This document shows positions 1 to 12,400 of a DNA stretch of 64,000 bases, in pieces (the first letter of the stretch is position 1; each line of letters begins with the position of its first letter). The position numbers were made by a program, and so were the translations under genes. Location of the stretch: the NCBI RefSeq assembly GCF_009914755.1, contig NC_060930.1; one strand, written 5' to 3'. This stretch comes from the human T2T-CHM13v2.0 reference genome, Homo sapiens. Below the pieces are notes generated by a model that was not told the origin of the DNA, did not search any database, and was given only the letters and a program-made list of their open reading frames with translations.

Positions 1-3000
1 AATCATACTGAATCCTTTACAAATTTTTTAATTTAACTTGATTAGCAGTAGCCTATATTTTAAGTTTGATGATGAAAAAAATGACAGAACACATGTTTTA
101 GTGTCTTCAGCAGTTCATATTGCTTAAAGATTTCCTTATTTTATGCATATATTATTTCATTTTCTGAGCAACAAAGAAAGAGAAAGAGAGAGAGAATGTA
201 TACGGTCTGATTTTAGTAGAAACTAAATTTTCTAAACTACCTGAGCTAGATGATTTAGACACTACGTTAAAATAGTATTCTTCATGTGACCCAAAGTGCT
301 ATCACATATCTTAGTAGATGACATGACTTGTTATCATTATTTTTTATCACATGTTTTTAATCAGGAATTTGGTAAGCAATTTACTAAAATAATTTCTACT
401 TTGGGATTGTAATATAAATGTAGTAGAATTACTTTTAAGATATTTATTAAAAACCTTTATCCCTATGAAACAACTGAAAGGTTAACACTTTGAATATTTT
501 TTTCAGCAGTGTTATTGTTGCTGATGGAAAACTTGCATTTCATTTTATATTGAGGGTACGGGGGTACATGTTTTTCTCACTTAATTCAAGTGATTTACTG
601 AATGTATCACAGATATGTCAAAGATCTCAGAAGGTAAATGCATTGTTTCAAAGACTGATGTGGCATAGATTGCCATGCAGAATACTTGATTATGGAAAAC
701 TTAGTGTAGATTTTTAAAGGTATCAACTTATTAATAGAGTAACACTGGTGTGATAAACTCTGAGTTTATATTTTTTAAAATACATTCTATTGATACTCCA
801 TGCTTTAGTTTTCAGGGTTGCTAAAATGGTATTCATTTAGTGAATCATGAAAATATGATGCATTGTGAAACTCTGACTTTCTTTTTTAAAATCGCAGTTA
901 ATTCATTGGAATTATTCATTGACATGTTTAACATTTTTCCTCTCCTCTCTGGGAACATTTTAAAATTATTCATAATTAATCTGGCAATAACCCAGATGAA
1001 ATTGTTTTAAAATTTATTTTTTAAAGCAAAAGTTGGTGTTTATTTAAATTATCTATTCATGAGCTCCTGTTGCACAACTGAAAGAACTACAAATGTGGGT
1101 GTTTAGTTACAAACTCGGTCTTACCGATCATATTTTGCTAAAGATTGATATTCTAAAAGTCATGTGCTCCTAAAATTCTTTGCATTTCCTTCAGTTGCAA
1201 ATAAAACATTTTATGGGTTCAAAAGCATATAAGGGTACTGCATATAACTCTCCTATAGTGAGATTCTGATTACATTATTTCTGTAGAAATAAGAATTCCT
1301 TCCACAAAATAAGTTGTATTGTATGTTGGATTTTGGTTTTTTAAAAAAGCTCATGTTCTATTGTTAATATAAATGTTACTGTTTATGATATTCATATTCA
1401 CAGTTGTCTTTCAGAGAAATCATCAATTTGTAAGGATTGAATTGAGGTGGGAAGAAGGGAATGACTACATTGGTGGAGTTACTTTGATATTTAATATGAC
1501 AAATACACTAATAAACATTTTGGTTATTTGAGTTTCCTGAAATATATGATCTTTAGAGTTATATACATACAGCTTTTAAGAAATGTGACAACAAGCATGT
1601 ATTTTATATATCTATATATATAAATGTTCTATAAATAAAAGAGACCTGGTTGGTGTTTTTTATGATATAAATATGTGCTTTAGGACTTTTGGTAAATGAT
1701 TATACCGTCTGCCATCATCTTTTTATGGTTCTATTTCAAAATGAACAGTCCACATGACAGCTTTGTTTGTCCTAAAATATGTTTAAAAAAGTAAATTTTA
1801 ATTTGATTTATGAGTTAGATAGGATTTAGCATGTTCTATTTAAGATTGATTTCATTGTTGTTCTTAAGGCTGTAGAATTATGCCATTTTATTATTTTGAA
1901 ATTACTTGTTAAACTTTAGTTCCATCTCCCATGAAGATTAATGCTGACCACAGTCTATTACAATTGGTTAAGCCCCTACTGCACTTGACTTCCTTCCCAT
2001 TTTTTAAAAATGTTTAACAAAGGGTGATTTTCTGTTTAGAAATAATTTGATAAGCAGCTGATTGGTAAGAACAAATATTTCAAATGGTTTAGATTACTAG
2101 ATACTGATACACCTTCTTGAGGCACTTATAAAATAATTTTATTAATATACCGTTTCTGGGTACAGTTATCTACATTACTGATTTTGGAATGTATGCCAGG
2201 ACAATTTGACTGTTTCACTGGAAGTATTTTTTTTCTTATAAATCAAATATACCACTCTCTATTTATACCATAAAGGCAGTATCTCTTAAAGGCTAACATA
2301 TCATTTGGAAACACATGTTTAATCAATTTTTGAAAAGGTGTTTTAAAGTTCATTTTAAAAATTGAGAATGCTAGCCTATTTGCTACATAGAGCCAGATTA
2401 TGTTGAAGTAGATTTAGGGGAAAAACAAAGAGGTGATCACAATACAGATTTTTGCGGTAGAGTACTTGAAACAGTAGCCTTATAATTTAAGTAACTCTAA
2501 TGGTATGTGATAATTGAAAGCAAAGACTTCCACAAAATTTTTCTGGTTATATTTCAACACAATATCCCAGCATATCCCTTATGTAGAGTAAGGCTGAAGA
2601 TAACTTAATTGGTTGTATAAAAATGGATTTCTGAAGCCAACCAGTAACTTTTTTGTGCTCAACTGGATCTTTTAAAGAAGGATTTAGAGATGATTCACAA
2701 ACTAACAGTAAATGATGTGTTAATTATGTTTTATATCTTCCATTATTATATCACCTATCTAAAACTCCAATGATATTCCTCTTCAGAAATACAGAAACAG
2801 GCCATTAGTCCTCTGTAAATGATACAAAACAAAGAGGTGGATATAAAGCCTTATAAAATGTCTAAGAAGTATAGTCTCTACAAAACAACTAATTTTACTT
2901 TGGGGTATTTTAATCTAATTAATTTCAGAAGAAAAAAGGATTACTTAAATTAGAATTTTCTTTCATGTGGAAAATGTTACAGAATAGTTTCCGTGGTGCA

Positions 3001-3515
3001 AACAAAGTGTAAAAATGGAATTTATTTTTTGCTTATCAGATAAAAAAATAAATTTCATTTTATCATATGAGCCTTTATCACATGAACTTTCATTTTTGAA
3101 ATGATAAAAATTTTTGTTATGAAAATTAAGTATGCTTTTAAATGCTTTTCCAAAAAAAATCACAATGGATTCAAGTTAAGATGTTTTAATAAAATTGGTA
3201 CTGAAATTTTATACAGCTCTTAAAAGGAAAGAAAAAATAATACAGAATATATTTTTCAAATGCCAAACATACTAATTTCCCAATGTTTTTGTTTCATTTT
3301 AAATCTTTAAATTGCTGTATTCATTCTTTCTTTGATTAATTTTAGTACCATATTTGGGAACTCATGGTTTTTCATTGCAATTTATCATGTCACATTATAT
3401 GTTATGCATTTTAATTATTCATGCCATTGTGTTAATTCACATTTCCATGTCTAACTATAAATTTGCTGATTTCTTTCTTTTGTTTCCATCATTATGTGCA
3501 TTTAATTCATTGAAG

Positions 3516-3545
3516 AACAAGAAAAATATAACTCTTCCACAAAAG
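3516..3545 (+). CDS. RIMS1: Probable RIMS1 30-nt microexon, phase 1->1, encoding EQEKYNSSTK
   Basis: ttgaag|AACAAGAAAAATATAACTCTTCCACAAAAG|gtaaat. Frame-preserving and stop-free in the phase the next exon needs. Upstream CTAAC (3451), pyrimidine tract (~3470-3490) and TGC (3497-3499). Confidence 0.7.
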
Positions 3546-5619
3546 GTAAATATTAACATAACTTTTTAACCATTTAATATTGTTACTTTTAAAAATATAA
3601 TATACAAGAGTTATATAACTGTATTTATTGAAATAATGAGCAAAATTAACAGGTAGCTATTTTCCTCAAATGATTTTGTAGTGTATTTGATATTAATTAT
3701 TTCATATTCTATGTTCACATCAAAGAAGAGAAGATTACTTTAAAATTAATGTTTTTTAAAAATTTTATTTAAAATTAATGTTTTTTTTAAAATTTATTTA
3801 TCTATACTGACAACTAGAAAACAATTCTCCTAGGAAAATGACATTTTCTTTGTTTCTGTTTGTTTGCATTTCCCTGCTCTCATAGATAAAAGATTTAATT
3901 CTATTCAGGGTAATACCTGGTAAAAGTAGAAAATCTCTGGATTTTACTTTCCAGATAGTGGTAACCTTAGTGAATGTTCTGGCCCTGGCTGCAGTCATAC
4001 ATCTGAGAAGCTGCTGCCTAAATGTTACTTCTGTTTGCCTCAATACTGTTAAAATACCCATTAATTTTATCTTTCTGAGAGTCATGGGAGAAGAAAACCA
4101 TTCAGCATTTTTGGTCTTTGCACTTGAATTTCAAATAGGTTGCAGGCTTCCCCCTACAGTCATATGCTGCCCACACCATTTTCTGTTCAGAGTTGCTGTT
4201 GGCCTGATAATTAACTATTTGAACATGAGTTTTCAGCTTAATGTGATAAGGTTAATTATATTTAATAATTATATAATTCTGTATAATTTAATAAAAGTAC
4301 ATTTTCTCAATATTTGAAAGTGGACTGATTGAATTAATTTGTTGCCCATAGTAACAACAAATTAACTCAAAGCTAGTTCTGAAAGTAACATCATTCCTAT
4401 TTTAGGAATAAGGACACAAGTTCAGAGAGATTATGACATTTGCCCAAACTGCTTGTCAGTAGTAGACTACAAACCCAGATCTTTTTACTTTCGACCTTTT
4501 CCTCTACATGTTGGTGTATCCTATTTTAGTAAGTACAAATACCAAATATATTATTTCTCACCCTTAGCATATTTAGTTATGCATTATGTATCTCGGTATT
4601 ACAAAGAGAACAGTTTCAATTACATATTTGATCTGTATTTATAAAAATGTATTTAACAATATTTATATTCAGGCACTATACATATATATATTATTCTGGC
4701 ATAGTGTCTGATATATTAGGCAATACATATATTAATTAAAAAATTAAAAAATTCAGTGAGATCAAGATGTTTTGGCCATAGATTTTGCATAGATTTCTAG
4801 CCATCTTGCTGCATTTTTATGTCAGATATTGAAAACACAACATTAGATTCAGTAGTACAAGAATGACCAATGTACTTTACTTAGGTCAGAAGAATGTAGT
4901 TGGATTTGCAAGATAAATTTTAGTGGGCTAAAAGTATTAGATTCATATTAGAAATGGGCCATGATCTAATTCCTTTATCCAAAAGAAAGAAAAATGTAAT
5001 AATTCTTCATTTAGAGCCCTTTCCATATATATTACTAGGCAAAAGCTGTACCTAGCTAAATAAAACAAAACAAAATCCATAAGTATAACCTAAAGTCTGC
5101 ATGAAATATGCACATTTAGGGCCTCTGTGCAGAACATGTCAGTTTGTTTTTATACAGTCAGTGTGTCCTGGCTGAGAGGTGTCATCACCCCTCCAAGCGT
5201 TCCTTGGAAACAGGATGTAGAAATGCCTCACAGAATAGACCACATTTTTAGAAATAACCAAAGAAGCACATCCCAAAATGCGTCCAGGAAGGTATAGGTC
5301 AGAAAAAGAATGCTGCGCCTCTCCTTAGGGATTTAAGATAACACAGTTTAGCCACTGAACGTGGCTCTCAAAACTTTGAAAGAATAGAAGCAAGGTCAAG
5401 AAATTTCATTAAAATCGTATTTTAAGCTCACGTAACCCAAAAGAAAGGAAAAGTTCACAGCATAGAAATCCTACTTCTGTGAGCTGAAGTTTGTCTTTGC
5501 TGGGATCTATCTTATTAGAGAATTCAGGTTATTGTGAGTACATCCCGGATAAATGAAGACCAGTACACAAGCCAAGGGGTTCATTAGGGTTTATTTTTTA
5601 TTAACTGTAGATGAACTTG

Positions 5620-5732
5620 TAGGACAACCAGTGGTTCCAGTTTGTCAGGGACTGAGGGTTTTCCCAAGATGCAAGACTTTCAGTGCTGAAACTGGGACAG
5701 TTCTAAGCAAACGAGGATGGTTGGTTACCCTA
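5620..5732. mobile_element. MER81-like hAT MITE
   Basis: gtttgtcagggactgagggttttccc...actttcagtgctgaaactgggacag...ttggttacccta. Confidence 0.7.
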
Positions 5733-8700
5733 TAGGGAACCAGTCTATTAATTTTACAGCATATGTTTTTAAAGTCACATAAAGAGAAGTGTAAAATACT
5801 CAAAGCATTACTAATGGTAGATAGGCTATATTGAGCACTTACTATATGTCAGTGACTCTACTAAAAGTGTTACATATTTATCTCATTATATTTTCACAAC
5901 AACTTGAGACCTAACTATTAGTATCTTTATTTTCCCGCCGAAAAGCTAAAAGTTAGGTTAAAAACTTGGCCCCTTATCAGTCAGTATTTCATTTTGTAAA
6001 TGATAGAATAGGAAACGAGACACAGATCCCCCTCCAGGGAACTTGTTCTCATCCACTTTGCTCTGTAGACTCTTCAACATTCAGACAGCATTTACTGAGT
6101 AACTGCTTTGCATGCATCACCACGTAATTATAGTAACACATTTACAACTGCAAGGAAGGCTTTTTTCACCCCTGTTTTATTGAAATAGAGTGAAAGAGGT
6201 TAAGTTGAATGCCAAAGGTAAAAAAGCTGCTGTGAGGCAGAACCAGATTTTGAATCCACAGCCCATGTTCTGTGCTCCACACCACGTTCCTGTAACAATC
6301 ACCACTCAGCACTGGGATTTTGGAGAAGCCCACTTAGTTTCTCCTCCCTTTCCCTATTGACCCAATTTTGCAGCATTCAGTTAAACCTTCTACATCTGGC
6401 CTGCTCCTCCAATTGCCATACAGATAACAAATCCTTTGGCTTGAAAGTTAACAAAGCTAACAAAGATAACACATCCTTTGGCTTGAAAAGTTAACCAAGG
6501 GACTATAAATGTTCATAGTACTTTGTTTACATTTTAACTCCCTCTTTTATGTTGAAAGCTGAAAGACCATATCATTTTAGTCTTCACAAACTGCTTTATA
6601 GGCCTATTTTAAATTATTCATTCTAAAAGTAAGCCAATTTTTCCCTCTCTGCTACATTTCTTGGACAGTTTTAAAGAGCCCATGAATGTAGTTTGGGGGC
6701 ATCGAAATAATGATATAAGAAGATCAAAACTGAACCAGAAATTAAATGACTTCAAGGTGAGAAAAATGTTATTGTCGTAATAAATTTATGATTTATATGC
6801 CTTTAGATACTATTTTTTAAGTGCATTAAGTTTTTGGCTCTTGGAAGCAATTTTGAATCATAACAAAACACATCATATTATCTCTTCTACAAATATGAAT
6901 TTCCTTAATCATAATAGTGTGTAATTTATACACATGGAGAATGAAAGGCAATTAAAGTAAGTAAATTATTATTTATAGGAACAAAGTAAATAGCATTTTG
7001 GTGCTTTTTGCTTTTCTGTTTCACTAATAAAATATGTGATAATTATTGTAACTAGATCATAGAGATTGTAACTAGATCATTAGGATTGTCTCTAGTCAAC
7101 TATATTTTTTTTAAGTACCAGGTTTCTTTAATAAGTTCTCAAGTAAGTTAACTGTGTTTTCCTTCTTTAAATGTCAGCAAGAACAGTTTGAATGCTAAGT
7201 TATGCAAACTATATTTTCCATGAAACTTATGAGCATTAACTTTACTTTAGTGGAATTCAAGTAAAGAAGCGAAAAACATTAATTTTAGCATTTTTTGTAC
7301 AGTTGTATAAATAAAAATTAAGCACATTTCAATAGCGTACTGTGGTTGTGAAACACTATAAGAACAAATTATGTACTCTTTTTAAAATAAGTAAACCAAT
7401 TTTTGTGTTTTTCAGAATCAGCATTCTTTTAACTGTCATTAAGTAGCAAAGGTCTCAGTTTTATTTACATTTTTATTAGTAGTAGTAGATGCATATTAGT
7501 CCAGGTGAATCATTTTCTGTTATTGTGTGTTAAGATTTCAAAAATACAAGTTTCTTAATATTCCTGGGCATTGCTTCTCCTGAACACTTATTATGAATCT
7601 TAATGAATATTTACTCATAAATATTTAGAGCTCCATTAGGAAAAGTAATTTATCCATCTCTTTTTTTGGCACAATCTCATAAATATATTGTCATTGTAGC
7701 CTTCTCTTTAAACTTCAGGATCCCAGAGGGTTAAGCAGATTGATTAGAAAAATTCAGAAGTAATGCTTTTGACCCTGTTTTCCCATTTGGTGATTCAGAT
7801 GTGTTTATTTATAGTGTCATAGGCTTTTAAAGCTTCAAAGGATTTAACACATGTTAACCAAGACACAACTTGCAAGAGAGACCTAATTGAGGAAAACAAA
7901 TGTCTAACCATGGACAGGCTCTTTGATGTATTTTCTCTAAAGTTGTATATGTTCCCCAAATATTGTAAAACACAGGAAAAGACTTTCAAAAATCAAATTT
8001 AAATTTAGCAGAATTGTGCCAATCAAGTCTTTCAGGATAGATTCTGTATCCATTAGTATTATTGGAGTAATGAGAAATTATGGCTAAACATTTTAGAGAT
8101 CACTTGGTATAAATAACATGGCTTCCTCAGTGATTGGTTTTGTTATCCCCCAAAGAAGGCTTAATTACACAGGTTGCTTTTTGTAAAAATTGTATTTGAA
8201 GTGCATCTTATGGGAGATAGTGTTCCCTCTCAAAACCTAAACATGCTTTTAAAAATTGTTTAACTTTGTATAACCCTAAAGGACAAGATATATAACAAAT
8301 TCTTTTATAAGAGCCTGACTTTCTTACTTGCCAATGACTAGTATTTTCAGTGACACTCTGAGAATTGGCAGTTTTACATTGAGAAATTATGTCTGGAGTT
8401 GGACATCCTGAGCTTCGTTTTAGATAGTTCAATGGGAATAGGTGTGCTAAAACAGGAGATGGTCTTGTGGTTTTGGCTGCAGTGAGACTTAAGTGATTAT
8501 ATATACAAATTGCCTCTTTCACCTATGCCAATGTTAAATTTCACTTATCTAAACATAGGTACTTTGCTTTAAAAGTCCGTAAGGCAATGTGGTATTTTCA
8601 CTTATGTGTTACTCACTTATTGCATTTTCTGTTTCTCATGCTGGTAGATGTATGCTTTATTGGTAGATGATGGGTAAATGTTTATTTTATTGGTAGATGC

Positions 8701-9013
8701 TGGATAGATGTTCTTTTATTGTTTATATTACTGTAGCATAATCCTTAACATCCAAGAGAAAAGGATGTTATAAGGGAAAATGGGAAACTACTTGGAACAT
8801 TTTTACACTTACAAGTTGAAAGGGGTCATTTTATTCCAAGAAAGTGTGCCAGAACTAGGGCATTTCTATGTAGTCAAAATATTTTAAAATTTAATCTTTA
8901 TGTATAATATATATGTGTGTGAAGATGTAGAAGTTGGATATGCACTACATCAAAGTCTCTCACTATGTTTGCATGACTCCAAAAATAAGGATCAACATGA
9001 AAATAAAACATTG

Positions 9014-9420
9014 CAGTTGGCCCACAGTATCCATGGGTTCCACAATGGTGGCTTTAACCAACCATGGATCAAAAATGTTTGGGGGGAAAATGATTGGTAG
9101 CATCTGTACTGAATATGTACACACTTTTTTTTCTTGTCATTATTCTATAAACAATACAGTATAACAGATTCATGAGATTTTTTTAAGTTGTAAGCCATTT
9201 AATAATACGAAAGGGATAGATTTAGAAAAATGCATATAGGCACTATTTACATGACATTTTCCTTGTATTAGCTCTTATAAGTAACCTAGAGATGAAAGTA
9301 TATGAGATGAGGTGCTTAGGTTATATACAAATACTATGCCATTTTATATAAGAAACTTGAGCATCCGTGAATTTTGGTACATGTGGTGGGTGGGTTCCTG
9401 GAATCAATCCTGAACAGATG
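9014..9420 (+). mobile_element. MER2 (TcMar-Tigger MITE) with a non-consensus insert at 9167-9241
   Basis: cagttggcccacagtatccatgggttccac...aaatactatgccattttatataagaaacttgagcatccgtg. Confidence 0.85.
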
Positions 9421-12400
9421 TTTTTTAAATTGGGAAAATAACATGATAGAAAATAGTGGTGTAAAATACAACTGGTGAATTTTTTTCCTCGTGATACCTA
9501 TAGTCAATTGGAAAATTTTAAAATCTGGAAATTAGGTAATAAAGCAAGAGACAAAGTCATTGAGATTCCTATTTTTGCAAATATAAGAAAAGTATTTTAA
9601 CAATACCCTATTGAAATACTATAGAATCATAGACTACAACTGCTGGAAGGTTCTCTGAGCAGTCTCTTCTTTTTACAGATAAAAATTCTGTAATGGAGGG
9701 ATATATCAGGAATTGATCAAAGGAACATTGAGGAACTGATGAATGGTGATGGATCTAGGACTGTAATCTATGCCTAGTAATTCCCATTCCTAGGTTCTTA
9801 CTATTTTGCCACATTGATTCCAGGTATATGCAGAATGCTTATCCATATAAACAATTCCTATTTCTCTAAAGTCTAAAAAACTGTGGGCAGAGACTAGTAT
9901 TGTATTTTTGAATTTTCAAATAAACCATCTTTCTTGATATATTTTAAGATATAGTTTATACATTAAATATTTCTGATATTTAATGTATCAGATCTGATCT
10001 TCCTATTCAGTCTTGGTATAATCTATACTGATTCAATTAGCTAAACCTTTTTCATCTTTTCTTGTTAATCTCAGCTTTTTTTTTCCACTGCAGTCAATAA
10101 CTGAAGCATAGGAGGTGTGTCATTTATATTCTTCTGTCTACCTGACAACTTCCAAATAAGCGGTCATTTATCACTGCTCTTCCTGAGAGATGTACTGGAA
10201 CAAGAATGGGACTGCACTATCATGGAGCTCTCATTGTGTTGCTATACAACAAGGAAGCAGAGATGCTAGTTTTTTCATTCACAAAATATGATAGCACATC
10301 ATAGTTAACTAGACAGGCTTAAATATCCTGTCCAGGTGTTATTGTGTGTCAACTTTGATACATATATGAGCTGACCTTGTTAAAAAATAATTTTTACATT
10401 AATATATTTAATAATATAAAAGTTCTACTTATTTCTGTCCTTTTACAGTCATATTTCATCTAATGCTTGAAAATATTAGGAGGTTTAACAATATATCAAT
10501 ATAAATTATTTTTTGCCTATAAACACAAACGTCTGAAATTTCAAATTCATTTTAATTTCAAGGTGCATAGAGAGAAATGTGAAAGATTTAAGGAATTTTG
10601 AGATCCAAACAAATTTATTTTTATATAAATTAAATTTATGAATATTTTAAATATATTACTGCAAGTTTAAATTATAAGCGTTCTAAACTATGTATAACTA
10701 TAATGTTTACAATATTTTAAAGCAAATTACAAATATGTGATAAGTCAAAGAGGTTTCCTAGAAAATTACTTTATCTCTTTGAAGGAGGTTATATTATAGA
10801 AAATTTTAAATGATGGATTAGGGAAGATTTATTAAGGATTTTTGAGGGTTTTTTAAAGTCATAGGCCTTTTAATAATATGAAAGGGATAGATCTAGAAAA
10901 ATGCATATAGGACAAACAAGATTATAAAATGATTTTAGTTTCTTCATAGATTTATTAAAGATCATTGATAACACTAAATTAGGAATCCTTAGCAAAGAAT
11001 GTGAAAAGAGTAGTTATTTTAATATCTTTATTTTTAATACTAATACTTTACATTTGAAAATTGTAATAATTACAGTACTTTGTAAATTATATTTATTTTT
11101 CTTATCTTGCATACTCCAGTCAGATTCCTTCTTGTTGAGCTTTAGAAGACAAGAAATTATTTCACAGATATGGTTTTCATTTAACTCTTAAAAATAAGTT
11201 CCAGTTTTATACTTTCTTAATTTTAACATTGAATTGATTTGTGACATACATAGATTAATATTAAAAAAGCCATAGTTTGGAAAGAACAATGTATATAAAG
11301 TTGGAATAAATAAAATGGATCTTGTTCAATAAATACATTTTTGTAAACTAATAAGTGCTTTTTGAAAGTACCATTTTTTTAAAACATAAGGCACATAATT
11401 CAGTTGGTACCTTATAGTGAAATATTTCAACCCTTCAACCCCATTTTTATAAAATTGTAATATTACATCTGAGGAACTAAGATACATACATTTTGATCTA
11501 TAATCACAAAATCTATAATTAATGCTGAAATATAGTCTATAGTAAATATCTTTATCTTTCGACTTTATTATACATAAGCTAAATTTTCATTAAAAGACTA
11601 AATGAAATTGCATGATAATTACATTTCTTGTAAAAAATGAAAGTTATTATTTAGCTCTTGATTATGTGGCATTTATGAAATTTTTAAAAATAAAAACCAC
11701 AGGGCCTCCCAGTTTTAAATTTTCTATAAAGAAATAGCAACTGGCATTTTAATGATTTAGTTAGTTTACAATACTATTAACATTCAGAATGTTCCTAAAA
11801 TGTGAATGTAATGCTAGGATTTGTGGGGTAATTGGAAAATACTTTATTTACTATTTTAGTTTTGCTCTTGGGTTTAAAATTGTTAAAATAATATAAAAAT
11901 TTTAAATGACAGTAATCTTTTTTTAAAGGAAGATATTTGAGCTGTCTGAGTTACAGTTAATTTTACTTATACTAAGATACTAGAGAGACAGTCACATTTC
12001 AAGAATTCAATTAACTTTTAATCATTACTACTATTCTCCATATAAATCATATAACTTATTGGAATCGTGCCTTCTGGTTCAAATTTGTGGTAATTGTCTT
12101 ATTTTATAAATTTGTCTTAATATTTGGCTTGACACATCTGCAATACAGAAATAATGTCATTTTATTCTAGATATATAGTTGAAAAATAAACATGGTAAAA
12201 TCTTTAGCAAAGTTAAAGAATTTCCACATTTACACTGAAGGTTTTTCAGCGATTATGAAAAAACTTTTACTGAAGCACAATAACTTGTATAAACAGTTAT
12301 TTCAGAATATGCACTAAGGCACATGTCATTGGGAAATAATGAAAAGTACTAAAAAAAGTGTGTGATATTATGTAATTATTTGGCTTTTTGCTACGAGTAA

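Noticed and set aside
8641-8720. Repeat-spacer-like pattern (tggtagatg)
   Set aside because: It is a degenerate tandem repeat without unique spacers, in a mammalian intron, so it is not CRISPR.
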